From the NCBI GenBank assembly GCA_964598145.1, contig CAZRAM010000004.1:100337-164336 (forward strand): a stretch of DNA of 64,000 nucleotides, in the 5' to 3' direction. This DNA is from an uncultured Pseudomonadales bacterium (GTDB lineage: Bacteria; Pseudomonadota; Gammaproteobacteria; Pseudomonadales; JAHEIH01). A model generated the notes under the pieces. The model did no database searches. It worked only from the letters and a program-made list of their open reading frames with translations, and was not told the origin of the DNA. The position numbers and the translations under genes are program-made. This document shows, piece by piece, positions 31,184 through 40,785 of this stretch. The number at the start of each line of letters is the position of its first letter. Positions within the stretch are counted from its first letter, which is position 1.

Positions 31184-33088
31184 ATGACACGCAACGCCCC
31201 CATTAGACGACTGGCTCTCGCCTCCCTCATGGGGGTATTGGCGAGCTGTTCAGCCCCTGAATCACCCACTGCTCAAGCCCCCCAAGCCACGCAGACAAGC
31301 GCCACCAGTCGCGTCGACCACCACTCATTTAGCAACCCAGATCAGATCGTCTTGCGCCACGTGTCGCTCGACCTATCGGTCGATTTTGATCAGCGCATTC
31401 TGCACGGTAGTGCTAGCCTTGACGTAGAGCGCGTAGACAGCTCTTCAAACACACTGATACTAGACACTAGAGACCTCAACATTGCGGGTACCTATTGTGG
31501 TGATCAGGCGGTTCCCTTCAGCTTGGGAGACACTGATCAGCACCTTGGTACACCGCTCAACATTGAACTGCCCAGCGAGTGTCAGCGCGTTCGGGTTGAC
31601 TACGCCACCTCACCTGAGGCCTCAGGTCTACAGTGGCTCAGCCCACAACAGACCGCCGGTAAAAAACACCCCTTCTTATTCAGTCAGGCGCAAGCTATTC
31701 ACGCCCGCAGCTTCATCCCGCTACAAGATTCTCCCGGTGTACGCATTACCTATGATGCCACCATCCGCACATCACCTGAGTTAATGGCGGTGATGAGTGC
31801 ATCCAATGATCCTAACGCCGAGCGCGATGGGGTTTACGAATTCAATATGCCGCAGCGAATCCCCTCGTACTTGATTGCCATCGCCGTGGGTGATATCCAC
31901 TTCAAACAGATGGGCGAGCGCACTGGCATTTACTCTGAGCCCGCCTACCTCGACGCCGCCGCTGCCGAATTTGAAGACACCGAGGCCATGCTCATTGCGA
32001 CCGAAAAAGTCTATGGCAAGTACCGCTGGGACCGCTATGACCTCCTCATTTTGCCCCCCTCCTTTCCTTTTGGCGGGATGGAAAACCCACGTTTGTCGTT
32101 CATCACCCCTACCGTGTTGGCGGGCGACAAAAGCTTAGTGTCTCTGATTGCTCACGAACTGGCACACTCTTGGTCGGGGAACACCGTGACCAATGCCACC
32201 TGGCGTGACCTGTGGATGAATGAAGGTTTTACCACCTACCTGACCTACCGCATTATGGAAATCGTTTACGGCGAAGAGCGTGAGGCGATGGAGTTTGTAC
32301 TCGGCTATGGCGACCTACAGGCCGATATTGGTGACTTGGCCGCCGATGACACCATCCTGGCCATCGACATGAAGGGTAGAGACCCGGATGCCGTATTTAG
32401 CAACATCCCCTACGAAAAAGGTGCCCTCTTCCTGCGGGAACTGGAACAGCGTATCGGCCGTGCCGAGTTTGACGCCTTCTTGCTGAAATACTTTGAACAC
32501 TTTGCCTTCCAAAGTATCACCACCGCGCAATTTGAAGACTACCTTGAAAAAGAGTTACTGACCGCTCACCCCGAAGCCATCAGCGAGGAGCGCTTAACTC
32601 AGTGGATACACCAACCCGGCATTCCCGAAGGCGCCCCGGTACCAAACAGCCCAGCGTTTGAGGTGGTAGACAGTGCCCGCAGCGCCTGGTTCGCAGGAGA
32701 AATCCCCGCCTCTGAGATACCCAGTGGCAACTGGGTATTCCACCAATGGATGCACTTTTTGCAAGGTATGCCAGAGGATTTGAGCCTGCAGCAAATGGAA
32801 GAGCTGGATGCGGTGTACGACTTCACTCACAGCCGCAATAATGAAATCGCCCACGTCTGGTTGATGCTGTCGGTGGAGCATTGGTACGAAAAAGCGTTTG
32901 ATCGCTTGCACAACTACCTGGTGACCATCGGTCGCAACAAACTGGTGAAACCGCTTTATCGCGAATTGGCTAAGACGCCTGAAGGCCGCGCTTTTGGCGC
33001 CAAGGCCTTTGCTGAAGCGCGCGATGGATATCACCCGCTGACGGTAAAAACCAACCTGCCCTTCGTGACAGAGAAAGCCGAAGATTAG
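31184..33088 (+). CDS. M1 family zinc metallopeptidase (leukotriene A4 hydrolase/aminopeptidase-like), probable lipoprotein
   Basis: Gluzincin motif HELAH-X18-E (HELAHSWSGNTVTNATWRDLWMNEGF), GGMENP exopeptidase motif, N-terminal lipobox (GVLASC). Confidence 0.85.
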   Translation: MTRNAPIRRLALASLMGVLASCSAPESPTAQAPQATQTSATSRVDHHSFSNPDQIVLRHVSLDLSVDFDQRILHGSASLDVERVDSSSNTLILDTRDLNIAGTYCGDQAVPFSLGDTDQHLGTPLNIELPSECQRVRVDYATSPEASGLQWLSPQQTAGKKHPFLFSQAQAIHARSFIPLQDSPGVRITYDATIRTSPELMAVMSASNDPNAERDGVYEFNMPQRIPSYLIAIAVGDIHFKQMGERTGIYSEPAYLDAAAAEFEDTEAMLIATEKVYGKYRWDRYDLLILPPSFPFGGMENPRLSFITPTVLAGDKSLVSLIAHELAHSWSGNTVTNATWRDLWMNEGFTTYLTYRIMEIVYGEEREAMEFVLGYGDLQADIGDLAADDTILAIDMKGRDPDAVFSNIPYEKGALFLRELEQRIGRAEFDAFLLKYFEHFAFQSITTAQFEDYLEKELLTAHPEAISEERLTQWIHQPGIPEGAPVPNSPAFEVVDSARSAWFAGEIPASEIPSGNWVFHQWMHFLQGMPEDLSLQQMEELDAVYDFTHSRNNEIAHVWLMLSVEHWYEKAFDRLHNYLVTIGRNKLVKPLYRELAKTPEGRAFGAKAFAEARDGYHPLTVKTNLPFVTEKAED

Positions 33089-33091
33089 TAA

Positions 33092-33685
33092 TCACTCTTC
33101 CTGGGGGCTTAGGTTTGCCCCCAGATTATCGCAAAACGCCTGCAATGCCGGCATGACCTCTGCCGGCAATTGCAGCCAAATATTCACTTCGCTGCCATAG
33201 GCCACATCCTCCACCAACACATCGTGTTGCTGGCACCAGTGTCGCAATAGCTGTTCCTGGGAAAAATCCAACATCACCTCTGCGCTCTGTAAGGCCACAA
33301 AAGGTTGTAATTCGAGGGCATCCACCACCCCTTGGGCCGCGGCGCTATAAGCCCTTACCAAGCCGCCTGCCCCCAGTTTGATGCCACCGAAATAGCGCAC
33401 GACAGCCACCAACACATTGCCAATTTTCTTATGCTGCAACACATTCAATATCGGCTTTCCCGCCGTACCGCTGGGCTCTCCGTCATCCGACATGGCCGCA
33501 CTAAGCTGATTACCTAACACATAGGCCCAACAAACGTGGCGTGCATCGGGATACTGCTGTTGTAACTCGGCGACAATCTGCAGGGCCTGCTGGCGATTAG
33601 CAATAGGGTGAGCAGAAGCAATGAAACGACTCTTTTTCACGTCGAGTTCAAAGTCTGCCCTAGCGACAGGGATCAAGTAACTCAC
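33092..33685 (-). CDS. yigZ: YigZ/IMPACT family protein
   Basis: KKSRFIA, HVCWAY and GEPSGTAGKPIL are motifs typical of the UPF0029/IMPACT N-domain. 197 aa. Confidence 0.8.
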   Translation of the reverse strand: MSYLIPVARADFELDVKKSRFIASAHPIANRQQALQIVAELQQQYPDARHVCWAYVLGNQLSAAMSDDGEPSGTAGKPILNVLQHKKIGNVLVAVVRYFGGIKLGAGGLVRAYSAAAQGVVDALELQPFVALQSAEVMLDFSQEQLLRHWCQQHDVLVEDVAYGSEVNIWLQLPAEVMPALQAFCDNLGANLSPQEE

Positions 33686-33784
33686 AAAAACTCTCTGTTA
33701 AGGAGGGCGCGTTTTTCGACACACCAGACAATTGGCCATTTTACACGTAAAATAGCCAGTTCATCATTTCAAGAGCATTTAATC

Positions 33785-34714
33785 ATGGCGATTCATTGGT
33801 TCCCAGGGCACATGCACAAGGCCCGCAAGGAGATGAAAGAAGTCCTACCGCTGGTCGATGTCATTATCGAAGTCATCGACGCCCGCATCCCTTACAGCAG
33901 TGAAAATCCTATGATTGCGGAGATGCGTGGCGACAAGCCTTGCTTGAAGATTCTCAACAAAGCCGACTTGGCAGACCCCGCTGTGACCGCGCAATGGCTG
34001 CAACATCTTTCGCAACGCGACAACATGGCCGCACTGGAAATGTGTGCTCAAGAAGCCAACCGCGCCGCCAAGTTGAAAGATATGATCCGCCAGTTGTGCC
34101 CGTATCGCGCCGATCAACACCGCGCCATTCACACCATGATTTGCGGCATTCCCAATGTCGGCAAATCAACCCTTATTAATAGCCTCGCAGGCCGCATGAT
34201 TGCCAAAACAGGTAACGAGCCAGCCATTACCAAGGGACAGCAACGCATCAATCTCGGCGACGGCATCACCCTGTCGGACACCCCAGGCATCCTCTGGCCC
34301 AAAGTGGAAAATCCCAAGAGCAGCTATCGCTTAGCAGTGACCGGTGCCATCCGCGAAACGGCGATGGACTATGACGATGTCGCCTTTTTTGGCATGGAGT
34401 ATTTGCTGCACAACTACGCCGATGCCGTAGCCGAACGCTATGGCTTTGACCCAGAAGGTATGATGGAAATTGACGCGCTGGAAGAATTGGGCCGTCGCCG
34501 CGGCTGCCTGCGCGGTGGCAAGCAGGTCGATTTGAATCGCGCCTGTAAACTCTTCCTCACGGAACTGCGCGAGGGACGTTTGGGCCCCATTTCACTGGAA
34601 ACACCCGCCATGATGGCCACTGAATTGGTCGAAGTGGAGGAAATGAAGGCGCAGAAAGAGGCCGAGCGCGAAGCGCGTAAAGCCGAGAAAATGAAAGGCA
34701 AACGCAAAAATTAA
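33785..34714 (+). CDS. rbgA: ribosome biogenesis GTPase A (YlqF/RbgA), circularly permuted GTPase
   Basis: Trimmed to ATG 33785 (MAIHWFPGHMHKARKE). G4 (LNKADL) precedes G1 (GIPNVGKST) and DTPG, the permuted order of YlqF. Lys/Glu-rich C-terminal tail. Confidence 0.85.
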   Translation: MAIHWFPGHMHKARKEMKEVLPLVDVIIEVIDARIPYSSENPMIAEMRGDKPCLKILNKADLADPAVTAQWLQHLSQRDNMAALEMCAQEANRAAKLKDMIRQLCPYRADQHRAIHTMICGIPNVGKSTLINSLAGRMIAKTGNEPAITKGQQRINLGDGITLSDTPGILWPKVENPKSSYRLAVTGAIRETAMDYDDVAFFGMEYLLHNYADAVAERYGFDPEGMMEIDALEELGRRRGCLRGGKQVDLNRACKLFLTELREGRLGPISLETPAMMATELVEVEEMKAQKEAEREARKAEKMKGKRKN

Positions 34715-34720
34715 ACGGGG

Positions 34721-34742
34721 GCTGGCGACGCTCGCCGCCAGC
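34721..34742. terminator. hairpin GCTGGCG-N8-CGCCAGC between the convergent rbgA and RND genes
   Basis: 7-bp perfect stem read directly. On the minus strand it is followed by CCCCGTTTAATTTTT. Confidence 0.45.
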
Positions 34743-34751
34743 ACAAAGGTC

Positions 34752-37700
34752 CTAATTGGCCGCCTCTCCCTCTAAAACTTCCACAGCTAGCGCGTCATTT
34801 TTAGCTCGCTTAAAGCGTCGCGCAAAGACATCACTGACATCCTCGCCGATACAATACAGCGAAGGCACCAAATATAGCGTGACAGCTAGGGCTACCAATA
34901 CTCCAAAGGCTAACGAGATCACCGCTGGGTGCAGGAACTGCGCTTGGATAGAGCGCTCTGCCATCATTGGAATCAAGCCCACAAAGGTGGTAACCGTGGT
35001 CAGCAAGATAGGTCGGAATCGTTCAGGACCCGCTTCCAAAACAGCGTCAACGGCATTCATCCCCCTCGCACGAGCACGGTTAACATAGTCCATTAACACC
35101 AGGTTGTCGTTGACCACCACGCCGGCAGCCGCAGCAATACCGAAGTAGGAAAACAAGGCCATCGACAGGCCGAAGATGAGGTGGCCGTAAACAGCCCCCA
35201 TGTAACCAAAGGGAATCGCCGTCATGATAAGCAATGGTTGGATATAGCTACCAAAGGCCACAGCCAGCAACCAGTACATGACAAAGAAGGCCAGCAAGTA
35301 AAGACTGGCCATCTCTTTCATGAAGCGCGCCTCTCCCTCGGCTTGGCCAACGGCGCCGCGCACCACACCAGGGAAGTCTTTTTCCCACTGCGGGAAGAAG
35401 TTTTCATCCAGGTCTTTTTGGATGTCGCGACCAACATCAGAGGTGAGATTGGCATTGACCGTGGCCGAGCGGCGGCGTTCGCGGCGCTTAATTTCTTTCA
35501 CGCCCGAAGCGACCTCAACATCGACCACGGATAACAGGGGTACCATGCGGCCGTCGGCGGTACGTAGGCGGAAGTTTTCTAAACTAGCCAAGTTGTACCG
35601 ATCCTCCCTGGGGTAACGCACCATCACTCGTACATCGCCATTTTCGCGCGGCAATCGCTGCACTTCTTCGCCATAATAAGCTTGGCGCACCTGGCGAGAT
35701 ACCTCGCGCAAGGTCAATCCCATGCGCTCAGCACCAGGCAGCAACGTGAAGTGCAATTCGCTGACCGAGCCCTGCAGATCGTCGCGCACGTAGTAGACCG
35801 AATCGTAGCTACGCAGTTTAGCCTGCAGGGCATCACTTGCCTCTAACAGCACGTCCATATCGGGGTGACTAATGGCATAACTCAAGCGGGGCACGGAATC
35901 GTTGGTGGTGTAGTTGACGGTAATTTCCTCCGCATCGGGCACGTCGCCAATCAATGCCTTCAAGCGCAGTGCCACATCCTTAGCTGACAACTCACGCTCC
36001 GAGGGTGGTACCAGTTTGACCATCGCCAATACGCTGTCGCGACGCGAGCGGGTGTACCAGTTTTCAACCAATTTCTCTTGCCCTGGTTCCGCTTGGGCAT
36101 CAACCTCTTCCACCAGTTGCTTTTCAGCGGCTTGAATCTGTTTCAAGATCTGTAACGCCCGCTCGTAGGGCGTATCGTTGGGGAGATCCACGTTGATAAA
36201 GACGCCGTCACCTTCGATTTCGGGCATGAAGGAAAACTTCACCCAGCCGGAACTGAACACCCCCATTGAAATGATAAAGACGCCCACAAACGTTGCCACG
36301 GTGGCGTAGCGGTGATGCAGACTGAACGCCAGGCTGCGGCGATAGCTGGTGCGGGCAAAGTGCATAATCGAGTGGGCAATAGCCTGCTGCAAGGCTAGGA
36401 ATTTGCGTACCACCAAGTACTTAGAATCCGTGCTTTCAGGAGATAAATGACGCAGGTGAGAGGGCAGGATAAAAAAGGCTTCGATCAGCGAAAATGTCAG
36501 CGCCAGAATGATCACGATCGAAATATGGCGTGTGATCTGAACGTCTTCTCCCGATAAAAACAACCAAGGCATAAAGGCAATCATGGTCGTCAGCACGGCA
36601 AACATTACGGGCTTCGCCACCAACTGAGTACCCAAGATAGCCGATTCGACACTGCCTCCTCGTTGCTGAGAGGTATGGTGAATACTCTCGCCGACCACGA
36701 TCGCATCGTCCACCACGATGCCTAATACCAATAAGAAGGCAAACGTCGAGATGATGTTAAGAGACACATCCGCCGAAGGCAGTAGGGCCAGCGACCCCAT
36801 ATAGGCCGTGGCAATACCAATCGTTACCCACAGCGCGACTTTGGGGCGCAGGGTCAGGATAAGGATAAGGAATACCAGTAAGAGCCCTGTCACCGCTGAA
36901 CTGACAATCGTTTCCATACGGCCTTTATAGACATCGGCGTTGTCCCACCAAATAGTGAGACCAACCCCTTCAGGGAGACGTTTTTGGGTTTCTTCCACCC
37001 ACTTGTGTACTGAATCAGAGGCCTTAACGACATCCATGTGTTCCTGCGATAGCACCTGAATCAGCACCGCGGGTTCGCCGTTGAGGGTAGCGAGAATGTC
37101 CTCATCTTCAAAGCCGTCGATGACCTTAGCAACATCGCCTACGCGCAGGATACCGCCCTCGATATCCTGACGAAGAATAATGTTTTCGAACTCGGTTTGC
37201 GTGTTAGCAAGGTTGCGGGCTCGCAACAAAATGTCGCCTGACTCGGTACGAACCCGCCCCGACGAAACATTGACCGAGGTTGAGCCAATCGCGCGCGCCA
37301 CCTCGTCGAATGTTAAACCGTAGCGACGCAGTGCGGCCTCCGACAATTCAACCGAGACTTCTTCACGGCGGGTGCCAAACAGTTCCACAATCGAAATTCC
37401 AGGCAGCATGGCGACTTCATCGCGTAGCTCCTCGGCCAGGCGATTTAATTGCCGCTCGCCAATATCGCCGTATAAGCCAATGCGCATCGACTGATCGCGA
37501 TAGATTTGCTCACGTACGATGGGACGCTCGATATCGCGTGGCAGCGAACTGATCGCATCCACGCGTCGTTTAATATTGCCGACAAAGGCCCCCATATCCA
37601 CTGGCCCGAGCGCGCGCACCCAAATATAGGCCGAGCCTTCGTTGGCGCTAGCAAAGATACGATCGATATTATCTAGATCTGTCAGCGCCTCTTCCACACG

Positions 37701-37898
37701 CACAATGATCTGCTCTTCCACCTCTTGTGGGGCAGCACCAGGCCATGCCACGATCACTTCCACATTGTTGGCTTTGACGACGGGAAAGGCTTCGCGCTCG
37801 ATATTCATGAAGCCCAACAGACCTGTGATGACAATACCTACCATCAAAAGGTTGGCGGCCACCGGGTTGCGAGCCCACCATGCAATTAATCCATTCAT
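34752..37898 (-). CDS. RND efflux transporter permease (AcrB/AcrD/AcrF superfamily)
   Basis: 1048 aa with the 12-TM, two-large-loop organisation. N-terminus WWARNPVAANLLMVGIVITG. Starts 9 nt after the adaptor gene stop. Confidence 0.9.
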   Translation of the reverse strand: MNGLIAWWARNPVAANLLMVGIVITGLLGFMNIEREAFPVVKANNVEVIVAWPGAAPQEVEEQIIVRVEEALTDLDNIDRIFASANEGSAYIWVRALGPVDMGAFVGNIKRRVDAISSLPRDIERPIVREQIYRDQSMRIGLYGDIGERQLNRLAEELRDEVAMLPGISIVELFGTRREEVSVELSEAALRRYGLTFDEVARAIGSTSVNVSSGRVRTESGDILLRARNLANTQTEFENIILRQDIEGGILRVGDVAKVIDGFEDEDILATLNGEPAVLIQVLSQEHMDVVKASDSVHKWVEETQKRLPEGVGLTIWWDNADVYKGRMETIVSSAVTGLLLVFLILILTLRPKVALWVTIGIATAYMGSLALLPSADVSLNIISTFAFLLVLGIVVDDAIVVGESIHHTSQQRGGSVESAILGTQLVAKPVMFAVLTTMIAFMPWLFLSGEDVQITRHISIVIILALTFSLIEAFFILPSHLRHLSPESTDSKYLVVRKFLALQQAIAHSIMHFARTSYRRSLAFSLHHRYATVATFVGVFIISMGVFSSGWVKFSFMPEIEGDGVFINVDLPNDTPYERALQILKQIQAAEKQLVEEVDAQAEPGQEKLVENWYTRSRRDSVLAMVKLVPPSERELSAKDVALRLKALIGDVPDAEEITVNYTTNDSVPRLSYAISHPDMDVLLEASDALQAKLRSYDSVYYVRDDLQGSVSELHFTLLPGAERMGLTLREVSRQVRQAYYGEEVQRLPRENGDVRVMVRYPREDRYNLASLENFRLRTADGRMVPLLSVVDVEVASGVKEIKRRERRRSATVNANLTSDVGRDIQKDLDENFFPQWEKDFPGVVRGAVGQAEGEARFMKEMASLYLLAFFVMYWLLAVAFGSYIQPLLIMTAIPFGYMGAVYGHLIFGLSMALFSYFGIAAAAGVVVNDNLVLMDYVNRARARGMNAVDAVLEAGPERFRPILLTTVTTFVGLIPMMAERSIQAQFLHPAVISLAFGVLVALAVTLYLVPSLYCIGEDVSDVFARRFKRAKNDALAVEVLEGEAAN

Positions 37899-37907
37899 GG
37901 CAGCCTC

Positions 37908-39101
37908 CTAGTTAATGTTGTCACGAGCGGGCGAATGGCCATTGGCAATGTTGCCGGCCTCGAGGTGACGCCCCTCTACCGCCATACCATCGATCGGATT
38001 ACGGATCGGCGAGACCACCACGTCTTGGCCCGGCTGCACACCACTGTTCAAGAGGGCAAATTCATCATCTTGGAAAATGACATCGACGGGGTGGCGGCGT
38101 AACACGCCTTCCTCAACAGTAAACACCACGTTGCCGGGGCGCAGAGCACTGCGAGGAATAAGTGTGGCACTGCTTACTTCACGGCCGGCAATACTCGCCT
38201 CAACGTACATACCCACTGCCATGGGAATTTCTGCATCCTGTTGATAGGGCTCATCCAATACGGCGAGGGCGTAAATCGAACGCGTGTGGCTGTCTACCGC
38301 GGCGTCGACACTTTTAAGGTAACCGTGCCAGTGGTGGGTTGTACCCGCCATGGCGTTGCTGAATACCACTCGAGGTGCCTCGGCTTCACTTTGGGCGACA
38401 TAGCCCATCTGTTTGCCAAGGGTGCGCAGTTGTGCATCGGTCAGGGCTAGGCGAACTTCCACTTGGTCGGTAGCAAACACACGTCCCAGTGGCGTCCCCG
38501 GTGTGACAAACTGCCCAAGACCCGCCACTCGCGATTTCACACGGCCATTAAAGGGCACCGTCAACTTGGTGCGTTCAAGATCCAGCTCGGCGCGCTGTAA
38601 CTCTACTTTGGCCGCTTTCAGCGCCGCGCGTGCTTGGGCAACCTGTGGCTTTTTCAACGCCAAGGCGGTGGGGTTAACGCGATCAATTAGCAGTTTGCGC
38701 GCCACATCGGCGTCCGCTAAGGCCTGTTCAAGGCGCACCTCAGCCTCGGCGACACGAGCTTCTGCACTGGCGACAGCGACTCGGTAATCGCGATCATCGA
38801 TTTCAATCAAGACTTCGCCGGGGGCGACGGCGCTGCCCTCGGTAAAGGCATCACTCAAACGCACAATGCGACCCGACACCTGCGCCACGAGATCGATTTC
38901 GTTGCGCGCACGGACTTCACCGGTGACTTGCACATTAAGGGTTTTATCAACTTGGCGGACAGATTCGACAAACAGCGACAGCGGGCGAACTGCGTCTTCT
39001 TTCTTTTCAGGCTCGGGTTTAGTGGCGTGGAGTACTTGGTAAATACCGACGCTGGCCACGAGAATGAGCAAGGGGATGGCGATGGCTTTTAATTTTTTCA
39101 C
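37908..39101 (-). CDS. RND efflux periplasmic adaptor (membrane fusion protein)
   Basis: N-terminal anchor (KKLKAIAIPLLILVASVGIY), coiled-coil hairpin (AEARVAEAEVRLEQA...LKAAKVELQRAELDLERT) and beta-barrel domains. Start set to GTG 39101 (AGGAAG ribosome-binding site 5 nt upstream). The track start 39137 is also a GTG, with a poor ribosome-binding site. Confidence 0.85.
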   Translation of the reverse strand: MKKLKAIAIPLLILVASVGIYQVLHATKPEPEKKEDAVRPLSLFVESVRQVDKTLNVQVTGEVRARNEIDLVAQVSGRIVRLSDAFTEGSAVAPGEVLIEIDDRDYRVAVASAEARVAEAEVRLEQALADADVARKLLIDRVNPTALALKKPQVAQARAALKAAKVELQRAELDLERTKLTVPFNGRVKSRVAGLGQFVTPGTPLGRVFATDQVEVRLALTDAQLRTLGKQMGYVAQSEAEAPRVVFSNAMAGTTHHWHGYLKSVDAAVDSHTRSIYALAVLDEPYQQDAEIPMAVGMYVEASIAGREVSSATLIPRSALRPGNVVFTVEEGVLRRHPVDVIFQDDEFALLNSGVQPGQDVVVSPIRNPIDGMAVEGRHLEAGNIANGHSPARDNIN

Positions 39102-39241
39102 TGGAGCTTCCTTATCTATGCGGCGTCTTGTGGACACCGCCTGACTATAGCGGGTTCATTGGTTAGACCCACCTTAGCATTGGTTTGGATGCAGCTTAGT
39201 AGAAAAAAATGATTCTGGCCTTGTTTCGTGGCTTTTTCGAG

Positions 39242-39401
39242 CTACTGTGGGACCTAGCTAGCTACTGTGGGACCTAGCGAGCTACTGTGGGACCTTGTTC
39301 GACCCTACTGTGGGACCTAGCGAGCTACTGTGGGACCTTGTTCGACCCTACTGTGGGACCTAGCGAGCTACTGTGGGACCTTGTTCGAAGAACAAGGGAA
39401 T
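39242..39401 (+). repeat. tandem array of seven CTACTGTGGGACC heads (20/23-bp spacing, 43-bp higher-order unit); the last is a complete REP-like element with a hairpin
   Basis: Heads start at 39242, 39262, 39282, 39305, 39325, 39348 and 39368. The 43-mer TAGCGAGCTACTGTGGGACCTTGTTCGACCCTACTGTGGGACC is identical at 39275-39317 and 39318-39360, and its first 28 nt recur at 39361. Copy 7 continues as CCTTGTTC-gaa-GAACAAGG-GAAT. Confidence 0.9.
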
Positions 39402-39421
39402 AGCTATTTCGTGGTTAATCA

Positions 39422-39475
39422 GTTCCCTTTCTCTGCGAGAAAGGTCCCACAGGGATGGGCGAGAAAGGTCCCACA
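39422..39475 (-). repeat. one complete and one truncated inverted copy of the same REP-like element
   Basis: The reverse complement of 39422-39452 is CTGTGGGACCTTTCTC-gca-GAGAAAGGGAAC. GCGAGAAAGGTCCCACA is repeated at 39435-39451 and 39459-39475. Confidence 0.85.
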
Positions 39476-39478
39476 AAC

Positions 39479-39505
39479 AAAAAAACCAGCCGAAGCTGGT
39501 TTTTT
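39479..39505 (-). terminator. rho-independent terminator of argG (symmetric A-run/T-run, potentially bidirectional)
   Basis: AAAAAAA-CCAGC-cgaa-GCTGG-TTTTTT, 15 nt downstream of the argG stop. Confidence 0.8.
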
Positions 39506-39520
39506 AAAGATCAGAGAGAC

Positions 39521-40741
39521 CTACAGTACGCCGCGGCCTTTGTTGGCAGCAATGCGCATACGCAAGGCGTTCAGTTTGATAAAGCCCTCGGCGTCTTTCT
39601 GGTTGTAGGCGCCGGCGTCGTCTTCAAAGGTGGCGATGCTGGCATCGAACAGAGAATCGTCTGACTTGCGGCCAACCACAGTCACGTTGCCTTTATACAG
39701 TTTCACGCGAACGACGCCATTTACCACAGCCTGTGACTCATCGATCATAGTCTGCAGCATCTTGCGCTCGGGGCTCCACCAGTAACCGTTGTAGATCAGC
39801 TCGGCGTACTTAGGCATGATGCTGTCTTTCAAGTGCGCCACTTCGCGGTCAAGTGTGATCGACTCAATCGCGCGGTGGGCGCGCAACATGATGGTGCCAC
39901 CGGGAGTTTCATAACAGCCGCGAGACTTCATGCCAACGTAGCGGTTTTCCACGATATCCAAACGACCGATACCATTTTCACCACCAACTTTGTTCAAGTA
40001 AGCCAATACGGTGGCAGGCGACATGTCTTCACCATCGATAGCTACGATATCACCACCACGGTAGGTAAGCTCAAGGTAGGTAGGCTTATCAGGCGCCGCT
40101 TCGGGGCTAACACTCCAACGCCACATTGACTCTTCCGCTTCCGCGTAGGGGTCTTCTAAAATGCCGCCTTCGTAGCTGATGTGCAGCAAGTTAGCGTCCA
40201 TTGAGTAGGGCGATTTTTTCTTGCTCTTAGAGAAATCGACAGGAATATCGCGCTCTTCGCAGTACTGCATGAGTTTTTCACGCGAGTTCAGATCCCACTC
40301 ACGCCAAGGCGCAATGACTCGTACACCGGGTTTCAGCGCATAGGCACCTAGTTCGAAACGCACTTGGTCGTTACCTTTACCGGTAGCGCCGTGCGAGATC
40401 GCATCAGCGCCAGTTTCGTTGGCAATTTCGATCATACGCTTGGCGATCAGCGGACGAGCAATCGAGGTACCCAAGAGGTATTCACCTTCGTAAATGGTGT
40501 TGGCGCGGAACATGGGGAAGACGTAGTCGCGGACAAACTCTTCGCGCAGGTCGTCGATGTAGATTTCTTTCACACCCAACGCTTGTGCTTTAGCACGCGC
40601 GGGCTCTACTTCTTCACCTTGACCGATATCGGCAGTAAAAGTCACCACCTCACACTGATAGGTGTCTTGCAACCAACGTACAATTACTGAGGTATCCAAA
40701 CCGCCCGAGTAGGCGAGTACGACTTTTTTGATGTCAGCCAT
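39521..40741 (-). CDS. argG: argininosuccinate synthase
   Basis: [16 protein letters not shown]-binding motif and the [13 protein letters not shown] signature. 406 aa. Confidence 0.95.
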   Translation of the reverse strand: MADIKKVVLAYSGGLDTSVIVRWLQDTYQCEVVTFTADIGQGEEVEPARAKAQALGVKEIYIDDLREEFVRDYVFPMFRANTIYEGEYLLGTSIARPLIAKRMIEIANETGADAISHGATGKGNDQVRFELGAYALKPGVRVIAPWREWDLNSREKLMQYCEERDIPVDFSKSKKKSPYSMDANLLHISYEGGILEDPYAEAEESMWRWSVSPEAAPDKPTYLELTYRGGDIVAIDGEDMSPATVLAYLNKVGGENGIGRLDIVENRYVGMKSRGCYETPGGTIMLRAHRAIESITLDREVAHLKDSIMPKYAELIYNGYWWSPERKMLQTMIDESQAVVNGVVRVKLYKGNVTVVGRKSDDSLFDASIATFEDDAGAYNQKDAEGFIKLNALRMRIAANKGRGVL

Positions 40742-40754
40742 TCATCCGCTCTCC

Positions 40755-40785
40755 AAAAAATGGCGGGCAAGCAATCGGCCTGCCC
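40755..40785 (-). terminator. terminator-like hairpin plus U6 after motY, ending immediately before the argG ribosome-binding site
   Basis: The minus strand reads GGGCAGGC-cgatt-GCTTGCCC (8 bp including one G-U), then GCCA-TTTTTT-GGAGAG-cggatga-ATG(argG). Confidence 0.5.

Noticed and set aside
39157-39185. Direct repeat CATTGGTT at 39157 and 39178 upstream of the adaptor gene, considered as an operator
   Set aside because: It is only 8 bp, occurs twice and has no associated regulator gene. It could easily arise by chance, so it is noted but not called.
39241-39476. The repeat array considered as a CRISPR locus
   Set aside because: The units are only 20-23 bp. The sequences between the 13-bp cores are 7-10 bp long and themselves repeated identically. 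The repeat has no size or spacer diversity typical of CRISPR, and no cas genes are in the window.
39241-39476. The repeat array considered as plasmid-type iterons, an origin, or a par centromere
   Set aside because: There is no rep or par gene, no adjacent AT-rich unwinding region and no DnaA-box cluster that I could see. The context is conserved chromosomal genes. The dispersed hairpin-bearing copy at 14.1 kb fits a REP family better. Protein binding remains an open possibility only.
39330-39664. Track ORFs 39330..39608 (92 aa) and 39455..39664 (69 aa)
   Set aside because: They read through the tandem repeats and terminator and then run antisense to the argG 3' end. They have a repetitive, low-complexity translation and no ribosome-binding site.
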